A stretch of 64,000 nucleotides of DNA from Nitrospirota bacterium (lineage in GTDB: Bacteria; Nitrospirota; UBA9217): assembly GCA_035623825.1 (NCBI GenBank), contig DASPSR010000062.1, forward strand, positions 32,001 through 96,000, written 5' to 3'. A model generated the notes under the pieces. That model was not told the origin of the DNA and made no database searches. It saw only the letters and a list, made by a program, of their open reading frames with translations. Every line of letters begins with the position of its first letter. Position 1 is the first letter of the stretch. The translations under genes were made by a program, and so were the position numbers. Below are positions 19,055-29,798 of the stretch, one piece after another.

Positions 19055-22000
19055 ATGAAAAAAATACTCTTCATTCTTTCGATTTTTTCCGTGGTCCTTC
19101 TCGGGGCACTGGAATTGTACGTTCAAAGCGATGCGTTTGCCGTCAGAATAAGGCCGTATGTGATCGGGCCCCTGCAGGATGTATTGGGTCCCCAAGCGCA
19201 GATTGGCTGGATCCGGGCCAACTTCATCCCCATGTATCTTGAGGTGCGGGATATATCAGTTCCTGATGCGCGCGGGGAGCAGGCGGTTGCCGTCCGTAAG
19301 ATAAAAGTGCATATAGACCCGCTGCCCCTGCTTCTCAAGAAGGTCAAGCTGCCGGCAATCGACATCATTGAGCCACGCATACAGGCTGAACGCTCACGGG
19401 AAGGAGAGGTAAATGTTCTGACGCTGATCGACCACATTCGGTCGAACATCGCTCGCATGCAGACGGAAGGCCCGTCGCGATTTGAGATGGTCTTACGTAC
19501 CATCAGGATCAGTCAGGCCCGGATTTCATTCACCGACCTGAACTCGTCCGCACAATTGTCGGTCTCCGATGTCAATATAATCGCCAGGATCAACATTGTC
19601 GGCGAGAGCGCAAAGGTCGCGTTCAACAACTCCGCTGTCCGGCTCATCACGCCCGCTTATCCCGAGGTGTCTGGCAGAGTCCGGGCCGCGCTGGTGTACG
19701 ACCGTGGAAGCCTCCACGTTGACTCGTTCGAACTCTCGACGGCGGATGCCGCGATCACGGCTTCAGGCTCCGCCGGACCGTTCCCTAACGCGAAGCTGGA
19801 CATGAAGCTCAGGGTCAGATCCGGTCCCCAGACCATAGGAAAATTCGCAAATTTCATGAAGCCGCTTCGTAGACAGAAACAGCCGGAGCCCCGCATAGAT
19901 GCATCGGCGACCATACGAGGGAAACTGTCTGATCCCGAAATTAGCGGGACCTGCAGATTCAGCGCCATTCCGTTCCGCGATCTTCTGCTCCAGAACGCGT
20001 CATTTTCGTTTGACTATCGGAACAAAAACATGGCAATCTCCGGTGCGAACTGGAAAATCTCGCGGGGAGACAAAACCGTTCTGATTGAAAGCATCAACGC
20101 GACTATGGGGTATGGGAACCAAGGATTGAACATCAGTCATTTCGATATCCACGCGGGGGACCTCGTGGTGCAGCTCACGGGGAGGGCAGACACCTCAAGG
20201 GGTTTTGATGCCGTGCTTAACGCCAAATCGTCGGGTAAAAATAAGACACTCTCCTTTCTGACTGCTTTGCCGCTGGAGGGAGAGGTAGGGATTACCGGGA
20301 ATCTGACAGGGCCGTTCACCGATCCTCTGTTTGACGGAACGTTCACTGCCGGCCCGGTGACCATCCGGGGCGTTACGATCACCAGCGTTGAAGGCAGACT
20401 CCAATACCGTAAGAAAAAGGTCAGCCTCGCCTCCGCGGATATCCATCAGCAGACTTCCCGCTATCTGTTCGACGGAAGCGTTGATCTGACCGGGAAGGAG
20501 CCTGTTTATGACGCGCGACTCAAAGTCTTGCGTTCAGACGTCGTAAGCATTGTTGCGATGTTCTCCGGGCCCTTGCCGCTCCATATGAACATCACCGGTG
20601 AGCTCTCTTTTAATGGCACGGTGCACGAATATACGGGAAGCGGCCGTCTCGCGCTTGACGCTGGAAGCGCCTATGGAGAGTCGTTCAAGAAGGGGACCAT
20701 ATCAGCCTCCCTCGTGACGAACAAGATTTCCTTCCCCCAGGTCTTTTTGCAAAAAGGGAGCGGCACAGTAAAAGCATCCGGCTGGATCGGTTTTGATGGC
20801 ACATATGCCGCGAACCTCGAAAGCCAGAATGTCAGGCTTTCCGAGATCGATCATATGGCATCCCTGCCGATAGATGGTCAATTCGACCTCACTGTCAGTT
20901 CGTCGGGAAGCTTTGCTCACCCCCGGGTTATGGCATCGATGGAGATTGACCACCTGTTGTATCGTCAGACGGACATAGGCAAGGTGACGACGGGAGCACA
21001 GATCAGCAATGGTGTCCTCCTGTTCACGTCGTGGTTTGCCGGAGACCGGGCAGGCGTAACCGGCCGTTTGGCCCTTCGGCAGCCATATGCGTGGAGCGCT
21101 GAAGCAAAAATTCACTCAGACGATATCGATCCTTTCCTCGTTGCGGGAAACAAAGAATACTCAGGACGGCTCAAAGTGATCGCAGAAGGCCGCATGTCCG
21201 TGCACGGAACCGGCAGCAGCATGTCTGAGATGTATGGCACGGCGTCGTTCGAGCATCTCGGCCTTGTGGTCGGTGACTATCGTATCGACAACGAAGCGCC
21301 GGCCAGTTTTGCTTTTAATGGAGGGGTTCTGGACATCAAATCCCTCGATTTCAGCGGCCCCGGGACGAAGATCTCCATCACCGGCGGCGCCGAGCTTATG
21401 AAGGACATGGATTTTAAATTTACGGGAACTGCGAACCTCTCCCTCCTCAGACTGCTGTTCCGTGAAGTGGAATACGTTAACGGCACCGCAGAGGTGAAGT
21501 TGACGGTACAGGATGAGTGGAAGAACCCCGACGTGATTGGTAGTCTGCTTCTCAAGAACGGAGACATCAAGATCAAGGATGTCCCTCAGAGGTTCTCCTC
21601 GCTGAACGGCAAGATCAACTTCTCTAAAGACCGCATTGTGGCTGATTCTCTGTCCGGCTCGATGGGAGGGGGGACTTTTCATATATCGGGCTATGCGGAA
21701 CTGACGTCATTTGCGCTTCAAAATTTTTCAGTGAAGGCTTCGTTCGAGAACGTTACGGTCCATTATCCTGAAGGGCTCACATCCACATTGTCGGGGGCCC
21801 TCAATTACGACGGCGATGCCGCAACGCAGTCCCTTACCGGCGATGTGGCTATCAAGCACGCCCTCTATGACCAGAGGGCGGATTGGAAAAGCATGCTCGT
21901 GCCTATCGGCAAAGGACTGTCCCAGAAGAAGAAAGCGGATATCGGTTGGATCGGCGAGACGCAGATCAATATCCGGTTTCACGGCAAGGACACCATCATG

Positions 22001-22687
22001 CTGCAGAACAACCTCGCCAAAATGCCGCTCGACGTGGATATGTTCCTGCGGGGCACGGTGAACCAGCCGCAGCTGCTTGGCAGGGTCGAGGCCAGGAAAG
22101 GGACTGTGTATTTCCGCCAGAACGATTTTAAGATTGTCCATGCGTCCGCGGACTTCGTCGACCCAAACCGATTGAACCCCATCCTCGATATTCAGGCCGA
22201 GATCGTGGTGCGGCAGTACCGTGTGACGCTTGCGGTCACCGGAACGGCAGACCGGGCCGTTGTCGTGCTCCTATCCGACCCGTCGCTTCCCGATCAGGAT
22301 ATCGTAGCTCTTCTGGCACTCGGGAAGACCAGTACCGAGATCAAGGGCAGGGAGAACGAAGTGGGCATGAGCGAGGCCTACTACTTTGCGACCGGACAGC
22401 TCCAGGACGTCGTCGAGAGCCGGGCGAAGACTCTGACGGGCCTCGACAGATTCCAGGTGGATCCCTATGTGAACAAGGGCGACGTAACGGTGCCGCGCGT
22501 GACAGTCGGCAAGGAGATCGTTCAGGAGAAGGTCTATGCCACTTATTCATCAAATGTAGGCGCCACCACGCCGGAACAGATCTTCAGGATAGAGTATATT
22601 CTGAACAAGCATTACGCTTTGTCAGCTGAGCGGAATGAACTGGGCGACACCGGCGTGGACATCAAGTATCGGTTCGAGTTCAAATGA
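19055..22687 (+). CDS. tamB: TamB/AsmA-like (DUF490) translocation and assembly protein
   Basis: 1210 aa beta-rich protein with N-terminal anchor; C-terminal LSDPSLP...DIKYRFEF. Confidence 0.85.
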   Translation: MKKILFILSIFSVVLLGALELYVQSDAFAVRIRPYVIGPLQDVLGPQAQIGWIRANFIPMYLEVRDISVPDARGEQAVAVRKIKVHIDPLPLLLKKVKLPAIDIIEPRIQAERSREGEVNVLTLIDHIRSNIARMQTEGPSRFEMVLRTIRISQARISFTDLNSSAQLSVSDVNIIARINIVGESAKVAFNNSAVRLITPAYPEVSGRVRAALVYDRGSLHVDSFELSTADAAITASGSAGPFPNAKLDMKLRVRSGPQTIGKFANFMKPLRRQKQPEPRIDASATIRGKLSDPEISGTCRFSAIPFRDLLLQNASFSFDYRNKNMAISGANWKISRGDKTVLIESINATMGYGNQGLNISHFDIHAGDLVVQLTGRADTSRGFDAVLNAKSSGKNKTLSFLTALPLEGEVGITGNLTGPFTDPLFDGTFTAGPVTIRGVTITSVEGRLQYRKKKVSLASADIHQQTSRYLFDGSVDLTGKEPVYDARLKVLRSDVVSIVAMFSGPLPLHMNITGELSFNGTVHEYTGSGRLALDAGSAYGESFKKGTISASLVTNKISFPQVFLQKGSGTVKASGWIGFDGTYAANLESQNVRLSEIDHMASLPIDGQFDLTVSSSGSFAHPRVMASMEIDHLLYRQTDIGKVTTGAQISNGVLLFTSWFAGDRAGVTGRLALRQPYAWSAEAKIHSDDIDPFLVAGNKEYSGRLKVIAEGRMSVHGTGSSMSEMYGTASFEHLGLVVGDYRIDNEAPASFAFNGGVLDIKSLDFSGPGTKISITGGAELMKDMDFKFTGTANLSLLRLLFREVEYVNGTAEVKLTVQDEWKNPDVIGSLLLKNGDIKIKDVPQRFSSLNGKINFSKDRIVADSLSGSMGGGTFHISGYAELTSFALQNFSVKASFENVTVHYPEGLTSTLSGALNYDGDAATQSLTGDVAIKHALYDQRADWKSMLVPIGKGLSQKKKADIGWIGETQINIRFHGKDTIMLQNNLAKMPLDVDMFLRGTVNQPQLLGRVEARKGTVYFRQNDFKIVHASADFVDPNRLNPILDIQAEIVVRQYRVTLAVTGTADRAVVVLLSDPSLPDQDIVALLALGKTSTEIKGRENEVGMSEAYYFATGQLQDVVESRAKTLTGLDRFQVDPYVNKGDVTVPRVTVGKEIVQEKVYATYSSNVGATTPEQIFRIEYILNKHYALSAERNELGDTGVDIKYRFEFK

Positions 22688-22743
22688 AATACGGAGAAGG
22701 TGCGCAGGCTGTGTGAATTTCTCTTTTTAAACTTCGAATCTCC

Positions 22744-25431
22744 CTAGTGCGCCTCGTCCCAGTTCTTTCCCACCCCCATGTCAACCTTGATGGGCACCGC
22801 AAGATCGAGCACACCCTCCATTTCCTCCCTGACCAGCTTTCTCATCCGGTCGATTTCGCTGTCAGCCACTTCAAATACCAGCTCATCATGAACCTGGAGG
22901 ATCATCTTTGAATGCAGGCGCTCCATCCGAAGCCGCCGGTGGATGTGTATCATCGCAAGCTTGATCAGGTCGGCGGCGGTTCCTTGAATCGGCGTGTTGA
23001 CCGCCGTTCGCTCGCCGAAATTCCGTACCGATGCCGTGGATGATGAGAGCTCAGGTATGAAACGGCGCCTTCCGAGGAGCGTGGTCACGTATCCATCCGC
23101 CTTTGCATCCTGGATGGTCCTGTCGAGAAACTCCCGCACTTTGGGGTACCGGGCAAAGTAGCTGTCGATGTAACGCTTGGCCTCGATGCTTGATACGCCG
23201 ATGTTCTGCGCCAGGCCGAAAGCAGAGATTCCGTAGATAATGCCGAAGTTCACTGCCTTTGCCTTGCGTCGCATCTCGGGCGTGATCTCTTCCGGCGGCA
23301 AGCCGAAGATCTCCGATGCCGTGCGTGTGTGGATGTCCTGGTCCTCCTGAAAGGTCTGGATCAGAACGGGGTCCAGGCTCATGTGCGCGAGCACCCTGAG
23401 TTCTATCTGCGAATAATCGGCCGAGAGGATGCTCGCTCCCTGCTCGGCGATGAACGCTCGCCTGATCTCCCGTCCGAGGTCGGTCCGGATGGGGATGTTC
23501 TGAAGGTTGGGCTCACTGCTCGAAAGCCTGCCGGTGGTCGCCACGGTCTGGTTCAAGGACGTGTGAAGCCGTCCGGTCTTTGGGTTGATCATGGCCGGCA
23601 AGGCATCGATATACGTTGATTTCAGCTTAGAGAGCGTTCGGTACTTGAGTATTTCGGCGGGCAGCGCATGGACGTGAGCAAGCTCTTCAAGCACATCGAC
23701 GTCCGTGGAAAATCCCGTTTTCGTCTTTTTTATCGGCGTGAGTACGAGCTTCCCGAAAAGAATGTCCGCCAGCTGCTTGGGCGAATTGATGTTGAACTCA
23801 GTGCCGGCGAGCTCATAGATGGTCCTGGTGATTTTCGCGGTTTCTTTTTCGAGCTTTTTCGACATGTGCCTCAAAAACTCGGCATCGATCTTTACTCCGA
23901 TGCGTTCCATGTCAGCGAGGACTTCCATGAGCGGCATCTCCAGTTCCCGAAACAGCTTCTCGAGATTCTGCTCCCTGAGCCGGGGTTCCAGCAGCTGCTT
24001 GAGCTGTAGTGAAATATCGGCGTCTTCCCCAGAGTATCGTGTCGCGGTCTGCAGGTCTACCTCCTGAAATCCGATCTGCTTCTTGCCCGTGCCCGTGACT
24101 TCCTTGTACGTGATGGTTTTGTAGTTCAGGAATTCCAGGGCAATCGCATCGAGGCTGTGAGATGACCTGCCGGGATTGAGCAGATAGGAGGCGATCATCG
24201 TGTCGAACGATATCCCCGAGACCGCTATTCCGTAATGGCCCAGCACGAGCACGTCGTACTTGATATTCTGGCCGACTTTCTTGATGGACGGATTTTCCAG
24301 GACCGGTTTGAGAGCTCCCAGCGCATGTTCACGGTCGATCTGTTTCGGCGTGCCGGGATACACGTGCCCAAGCGGGAGATAGTATGCTTCGAAAGGCTGG
24401 ATGGAAAAGGACATCCCGACCAGTTCCGCCTGCATGGGGTCGAACGATGTTGTTTCGGTGTCAAAACAGAATTCATCAGCCGATGATAAAATGCTGACCA
24501 GGTGCTGAAATTCAGGTTCCGCAAGAACGGTGTGATATCGCGCTTTTTTTTCCGGCTCCTGAGTGACGTATTTGAGCAAGGAAGTGAGCTCGAGTTCCCG
24601 CAGGATGGAGAGCAGCGCCGTGTTGTCCGGCTCTTTCGTCTTGAGAGCATCGTAATCGACGGTGAGGGGGACATCGGCATGGAGCTGGGCAAGCTCCCGG
24701 CTGAATCTCGCCCGGTCTGCAGACTCGATGAGCGACTGCCTGAGCTTGGGTTTGGCGATTTCATGAGAATGCGAAAGCAGATTTTCTATCGTGCCATACT
24801 GTCGTATGAGCGTTTGCGCTGTTTTCTCCCCGATACCATCGACCCCGGGAATGTTGTCCGACGAGTCGCCCATAAGCCCCATGATCTCTACCATCCGGTC
24901 CGGCAAAACGCCGTAACGCTCTTCCACGTCCTTCGGTTCATAAATCTTGTCTTTGAGCGTATCATAGACCTTGATATTCGGTCCTACGAGCTGAAGGATG
25001 TCTTTATCCCCCGTGATGATCGTGACGTCAAGACCATCAGCCTCGGCTTTCCGGGCAAGGGTTGCGATGACATCGTCGGCTTCCTGCCCTTCCTGGATGA
25101 AGACAGGTATGCGGAACGCCGCCACCAGCTTGTGTATATAAGGTATTTGCGGAACCAGGTCCCTGGGCATCGGAGGACGGTGAGCTTTGTATTCCTTGAA
25201 CTCGAGGTGCCTGCGCGTCGGCCCTTTGGGGTCGAAGGCAATCGCAATCATATCCGGCGATCTCTCTTTGATAACCTTGAGGAACATGTTCGCGAAGCCG
25301 AAAACGGCGTTTGTCGGCAGGCCGTAGGAAGTGGACAGGTTCTTTATTGCATAAAAGGCGCGGTAAATGTACGAGTTGCCGTCTATGATATAAAAAGATG
25401 GCTTTTGTCCTGTCGATTGGTCAGTTGTCAT
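22744..25431 (-). CDS. polA: DNA polymerase I
   Basis: IDGNSYIYRAF 5'-3' exo, FDTETT 3'-5' exo, ADYSQIELR, KAVNFGIIYG, QVHDEL. Confidence 0.98.
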   Translation of the reverse strand: MTTDQSTGQKPSFYIIDGNSYIYRAFYAIKNLSTSYGLPTNAVFGFANMFLKVIKERSPDMIAIAFDPKGPTRRHLEFKEYKAHRPPMPRDLVPQIPYIHKLVAAFRIPVFIQEGQEADDVIATLARKAEADGLDVTIITGDKDILQLVGPNIKVYDTLKDKIYEPKDVEERYGVLPDRMVEIMGLMGDSSDNIPGVDGIGEKTAQTLIRQYGTIENLLSHSHEIAKPKLRQSLIESADRARFSRELAQLHADVPLTVDYDALKTKEPDNTALLSILRELELTSLLKYVTQEPEKKARYHTVLAEPEFQHLVSILSSADEFCFDTETTSFDPMQAELVGMSFSIQPFEAYYLPLGHVYPGTPKQIDREHALGALKPVLENPSIKKVGQNIKYDVLVLGHYGIAVSGISFDTMIASYLLNPGRSSHSLDAIALEFLNYKTITYKEVTGTGKKQIGFQEVDLQTATRYSGEDADISLQLKQLLEPRLREQNLEKLFRELEMPLMEVLADMERIGVKIDAEFLRHMSKKLEKETAKITRTIYELAGTEFNINSPKQLADILFGKLVLTPIKKTKTGFSTDVDVLEELAHVHALPAEILKYRTLSKLKSTYIDALPAMINPKTGRLHTSLNQTVATTGRLSSSEPNLQNIPIRTDLGREIRRAFIAEQGASILSADYSQIELRVLAHMSLDPVLIQTFQEDQDIHTRTASEIFGLPPEEITPEMRRKAKAVNFGIIYGISAFGLAQNIGVSSIEAKRYIDSYFARYPKVREFLDRTIQDAKADGYVTTLLGRRRFIPELSSSTASVRNFGERTAVNTPIQGTAADLIKLAMIHIHRRLRMERLHSKMILQVHDELVFEVADSEIDRMRKLVREEMEGVLDLAVPIKVDMGVGKNWDEAH

Positions 25432-25757
25432 GATTTTGAAGTATAACCTAATTTTTCATGAAAAACAATCTGATACGCATGATCATCGAATCATACCGGT
25501 ACGGTTGTGGTTTCAGTCTCCACTGGCCGCGCCTCACAAAACTGAATGAGCATCCCCATCCCCGGGCATCGCCTTTCTTGCCAGAAGGCCGACGGACAAC
25601 GGATCATTTTATGAGCGCGGAGTCGTAACGGATATCACGAGATGGCCTCTCCCTTCGGACAGGGGAGGCCAAGGAAATTTCTCTCGTTGAGAAAAAAAGC
25701 AAGAACTGGTGTGCCAACACACGGTGTAGAGAATCAATTATTATTATAAAGATTTTC

Positions 25758-25787
25758 TTGACAGCAAGCGCAGGAATGATGTATAAA
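25758..25787 (+). promoter_or_regulatory. sigma70 promoter of tRNA-Thr
   Basis: TTGACA-N18-TATAAA about 33 bp upstream of the tRNA. Confidence 0.65.
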
Positions 25788-25820
25788 AAACCGTCCTATA
25801 GCCCATCTATCGAGTGTTCC

Positions 25821-25895
25821 GCCGGCGTAGCTCAGTGGTAGAGCAGCTGATTCGTAATCAGCAGGTCGTCCGTTCAACCCGGATCGCCGGCTCCA
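25821..25895 (+). tRNA. tRNA-Thr(CGT)
   Basis: Full cloverleaf GCCGGCG...CGCCGGC-T-CCA; anticodon arm gctga-ttCGTaa-tcagc. Confidence 0.97.
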
Positions 25896-26639
25896 TTTTT
25901 TCAAACATTTCTGCAAGTTGTCCGGTCTCATTTCTTCCTCTTACTCCGCAAAATACAGTATTTTAGCCCCGATCTAAGATCAAAATGCACCCACTATTTT
26001 TACTCTCTGTTGAAGTCTAAGAAGGTTAATTGTTTTATCCAGACGCTCGCCCGAGATGTCCCATTGAATCACTGGTCATCAGGAAGAGGGTCGTATCCTT
26101 GGGTTCGTAGAAATCCTCAGTCAACAATATCAAACTGAACTCTTTGAGTTGCCACATGTCTAAACAATCAACAGTACATCAACAATGTCGTGCGCGCAGC
26201 AATCGAAAAGAATGTGCATTTCTAGAGTAATGTTGAAGTTTACGGTTATTGAAACTGTAATTGTGCCATCATGAAAGTGATGGCTGGTACACTTTTTTGG
26301 ATCTTCAACTTTCACTTTGAAATAATTAGTGTGAACTAAAGTCCAATTTGCTCCCTTCATAACATTTTTCCCCCAGGTCATTTTTGCGAATATCTTGCAC
26401 ATCTGTACGTTGAAATTATGAAACTATGTACTCAAAGTTACTAATTCGGAAAACTTTACAGTTTTCTCTAATACTTAATTATTGTGACAACTCACAAGCA
26501 AATAGAAATATGATGTTTTTAAAAAATAAATACCAAAGACAGCTTATCTATTGGATCGAAAAATATTACACAATTATTTTATTCACGCATTGATCATTTA
26601 TAGTCTTTAATAATTAGCGGATTAATAATAGTTTTTTTG

Positions 26640-26655
26640 TGGTATAAAAAATGCT
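26640..26655 (+). promoter_or_regulatory. Putative sigma54 (-24/-12) promoter of the HAF-repeat gene
   Basis: TGGTATAAAAAATGCT with GG-N10-GC spacing, after a long AT-rich tract. Confidence 0.55.
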
Positions 26656-26897
26656 TTATTATTTTCGGATTGATGTGTTCTGAATATCGGCCGAGAAAGG
26701 CAAGTGAAGATCGATAGTAAGAATACCGTCAATCGGCAGACTGCGACTGGCTTTCAACGGTCATAGCATTTTCATCGTGCACCGTCTGGCAATGGAGGCC
26801 CGGCAACTGTGATCGTATGTAAAGGTGGGATGCGTATAGAGTCGAGGGTTAATAGCTAGTAATGAACGATTAAATCTTATTCAGGAGGTGAACCATC

Positions 26898-28766
26898 ATG
26901 AAGAAGCTTGTTACGAGCAATAAAGTGAATGTACTGGTAATGATACTGCTTATGCTGTCAATATTCTTATTCGCCTCCGCTGCGTCTGCCCAGCCATCTT
27001 ACATCGTGATCGACCTCGGCACTCTTGGAGGCACCTATAGCTATGCCGCAGGCATCAACGACTCCGGCCAGGTTGTGGGGTTGTCGTCTCTTACCGGCGA
27101 TACGGCCAACCACGCCTTCCTGTACAGTGGCGGCACCATGACCGATCTCGGCACCTTAAGCGGCAGCAGCGGCAGCTCGAGCAGTGCCGCAGGCATCAAC
27201 GACTCCGGCCAGGTTGTGGGGTCGTCGACTATTACCGGCGAAGATACGGTCAACCACGCCTTCCTGTACAGTGGCGGCATCATGGCCGATCTCGGCACCT
27301 TGGGCGGCACCTATAGCAATGCCGCCGGCATCAACGACTCGGGCCAGGTTGCGGGGGAGTCGCATACTACCGGCGATACGGCCTATCACGCCTTCCTGTA
27401 CAGTGGCGGCATCATGGCCGATCTCGGCACCCTTGGCGGCACCAACAGTACGGCGTACGGCATCAACGACTCGGGCCAGGTTGTGGGGCAGTCGAATCTT
27501 ACCGGCGATGCGGTCTACCATGCCTTCATGTACAGTGGCGGGACGATGATAGACCTCGGCACTCTTGGAGGCACCTATAGCTATGCCTTGGGCATCAACG
27601 ACTCGGGCCAGGTTGTGGGGCAGTCGTTTCTTGCCGGCGATACCGCCTATCACGCATTCCTGTACAGTGGCGGCACGATGACAGACCTCGGCACCCTTGG
27701 CGGCAACTATAGCTTTGCCAACGGCATCAACGGCTCAAGCCAGGTTGTGGGGGTGGCGTACACTACCAGTGATACAGCCCAGCACGCCTTCCTGTACAGT
27801 GGCGGCACGATGTTTGCCCTCGATAACCTGATTCCTTCATCTTCTGGGTGGACTCTTAGTGACGCAACTGGAATAAATGACAATGGTCAAATTGTCGGCT
27901 TTGGGAGAATCAATGGTGCTACTCATGCATTTCTTCTGACTCCCGGGGCAGCGGCGCCCGTGACGACGGGCACGAATGTCGCAGTTGACCTTGGCCCACA
28001 AGTAGACCTCACCTTCAGCAGCGTTTCCTCAAGCGGAACCGCAACGGCCGTCCTGATCTTGCCGGGAAGTGTGCCCCCGCCTCCAACGAATTTCGCGATC
28101 CTGGGCGGCACATCATATGACATCACGACGGATGCGACCTTCAGTGGCAATGTTGAGGTCTGCATCAGCTATGACCCGACCAAGATCACCGTTCCCGAGC
28201 AGCAGCTGCGGCTCTACCATTATAGTGGTGGCGCCTGGACAGATATTACACTATTGCCGGTCGACACAGTTGACAAGAAGGTCTGCGGTTTGACAAGTTC
28301 GTTCTCCATCTTCGCAGTGGCTGAACCTATATACACCCCGGAGGTCCTTTCGATCCGCTATGCCGCTGTACAGTTCTTGAACAAACAGGACACCACGGGC
28401 AGTGTGCTGCTCTGGGCTGACTTTAAAGTGCCCATGCCCGCAGCCACCGACGTGATCACAGGCACTTTTGACAGTGTCACCCTGTTCTCCGCACCCTTCT
28501 CAACGTTCAAGCGTGTGTTGCCGAACGTATACTGGGATGTGAAGAATGGCTATGACATTACGATCGACTTTAAACTTGGCCAGATCATCGTGATCACACC
28601 CAAGATCGCACTTACTGGACTTGACAACTCTAACGGTGTCGATGTGCAGTTCACTATAAATGGCAGTAATGGGATGGAAATCGGATTCCAGAACATCACG
28701 ATGAAGCCAGAGCCTGGGAACCGGCTGGTGTACCGCCGAAACGACATATTCGGTAACCCGCTGTAG
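26898..28766 (+). CDS. Secreted HAF-repeat beta-propeller protein with C-terminal beta domains
   Basis: ggaggt RBS; signal peptide; about 7 repeats of DLGTLGG..S.A.GINDSGQVVG..HAFLYSGG. Confidence 0.9.
   Translation: MKKLVTSNKVNVLVMILLMLSIFLFASAASAQPSYIVIDLGTLGGTYSYAAGINDSGQVVGLSSLTGDTANHAFLYSGGTMTDLGTLSGSSGSSSSAAGINDSGQVVGSSTITGEDTVNHAFLYSGGIMADLGTLGGTYSNAAGINDSGQVAGESHTTGDTAYHAFLYSGGIMADLGTLGGTNSTAYGINDSGQVVGQSNLTGDAVYHAFMYSGGTMIDLGTLGGTYSYALGINDSGQVVGQSFLAGDTAYHAFLYSGGTMTDLGTLGGNYSFANGINGSSQVVGVAYTTSDTAQHAFLYSGGTMFALDNLIPSSSGWTLSDATGINDNGQIVGFGRINGATHAFLLTPGAAAPVTTGTNVAVDLGPQVDLTFSSVSSSGTATAVLILPGSVPPPPTNFAILGGTSYDITTDATFSGNVEVCISYDPTKITVPEQQLRLYHYSGGAWTDITLLPVDTVDKKVCGLTSSFSIFAVAEPIYTPEVLSIRYAAVQFLNKQDTTGSVLLWADFKVPMPAATDVITGTFDSVTLFSAPFSTFKRVLPNVYWDVKNGYDITIDFKLGQIIVITPKIALTGLDNSNGVDVQFTINGSNGMEIGFQNITMKPEPGNRLVYRRNDIFGNPL
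27000..27930 (+). repeat. Intragenic ~132-bp tandem HAF repeats
   Basis: Recurrent ggcatcaacgactc.ggccaggttg and cacgccttcctgtacagtggcggca. Confidence 0.9.
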
Positions 28767-28917
28767 AAAGAATATGGCCAATTATGGAAGGAAGGGACAG
28801 TCCGTGAGGGTAAACGTTGCCGGGAAACGGATCGTAGTGGTATCGTCGATGATGAATCTATCGGCATCGGCCATTCTAACGGTGTGGATGTGAGGATCTC
28901 GTGAGAAAGGAGGACAT

Positions 28918-29595
28918 ATGAGAAAGATAGCTGCGGTATCAACAATCGGTATCTGCCTTACCGTTTTAATCATTGCAGGATTACCACGATCAGGTGAGGC
29001 GGCAACAATTTACGGCTGCGTAGAGCGCCTGACTGGATTTGTTAGAATAGTTAGCGGTCCCGGTCAATGTAGAGCGTTGGAAACCCCCATATCGTGGGAT
29101 TCAGTAGGGTCTCAGGGTCCAGTGGGGCCTGCAGGCCCAGCAGGGCCAGAGGGTCCACAGGGGCCACAGGGTACTCAGGGCCCGACAGGGGCCACCGGAG
29201 CAACAGGGCCTCAGGGAACACAAGGGCCAGCCGGTGTCGCCAACGGGATATCCACGGCAGTCCATGGCGTAATCGATAAAGACGGGACTATTATTGAAAG
29301 TGTAGGCAACAATTTCACTGTCGTGCACAGTAGTGATACAGGGATCTATGAGATAAATTGGGATACGACGGTGCCTTTCCCCTTTGTTGTCCTCCCCAGT
29401 TGCACTGTCACCCCGTACTCGGTGGGCATCACGGCTGTTTCATGTTCAGCAGGTGTGGGCGGTCTTGGACTCGCGGTCCAGTGCAGCCAACCCTCCAGCG
29501 TCACCATCACCGACGCTACTGGCCTGACACAAGTAGTCGATGGAAACAACTTGATCGGCAGCGACACACGTTTCGCGTTCATCTGTGTACTGTGA
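28918..29595 (+). CDS. Secreted collagen-like protein (15 GXY triplets)
   Basis: Signal peptide, Cys-pair N-domain (IYGC..VRIV..C..ETPISW), GXY run, C-terminal F.FICV. Confidence 0.88.
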   Translation: MRKIAAVSTIGICLTVLIIAGLPRSGEAATIYGCVERLTGFVRIVSGPGQCRALETPISWDSVGSQGPVGPAGPAGPEGPQGPQGTQGPTGATGATGPQGTQGPAGVANGISTAVHGVIDKDGTIIESVGNNFTVVHSSDTGIYEINWDTTVPFPFVVLPSCTVTPYSVGITAVSCSAGVGGLGLAVQCSQPSSVTITDATGLTQVVDGNNLIGSDTRFAFICVL

Positions 29596-29642
29596 CAAAT
29601 CCGGCTCTGTTTTCCGGGCAATGGTTCAAAGAGGCGGTTCCT

Positions 29643-29706
29643 CTTGCCCAACTCACTCACCGCCGCACATAGGTTCCAAGCAAGGGGGAGCCGGAAGGCT
29701 CCTCCT
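29643..29706 (+). repeat. Duplicated 3' element with terminator-like hairpin (copy 1)
   Basis: 53/64 ungapped identity by eye with 30331-30394; agggggagcc-ggaa-ggctcctcct hairpin. Confidence 0.75.
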
Positions 29707-29798
29707 CCTTTTGCTCACTTGATAGGAATGAGAATCTCTGGTAATAGCAAAATTTATTGCTGGCCCGATGTGTTTCGCAGAAGGAGAAAGGAAGACAT

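Noticed and set aside
25734-25931. ORFs containing KKWSRRSGLNGRPADYE (also 30695-30952 and 327-512)
   Set aside because: Translations of tRNA reverse complements
27000-27930. CRISPR array or DGR
   Set aside because: Repeats are in-frame coding blades; no spacers, cas genes, reverse transcriptase or adenine-specific template repeat seen
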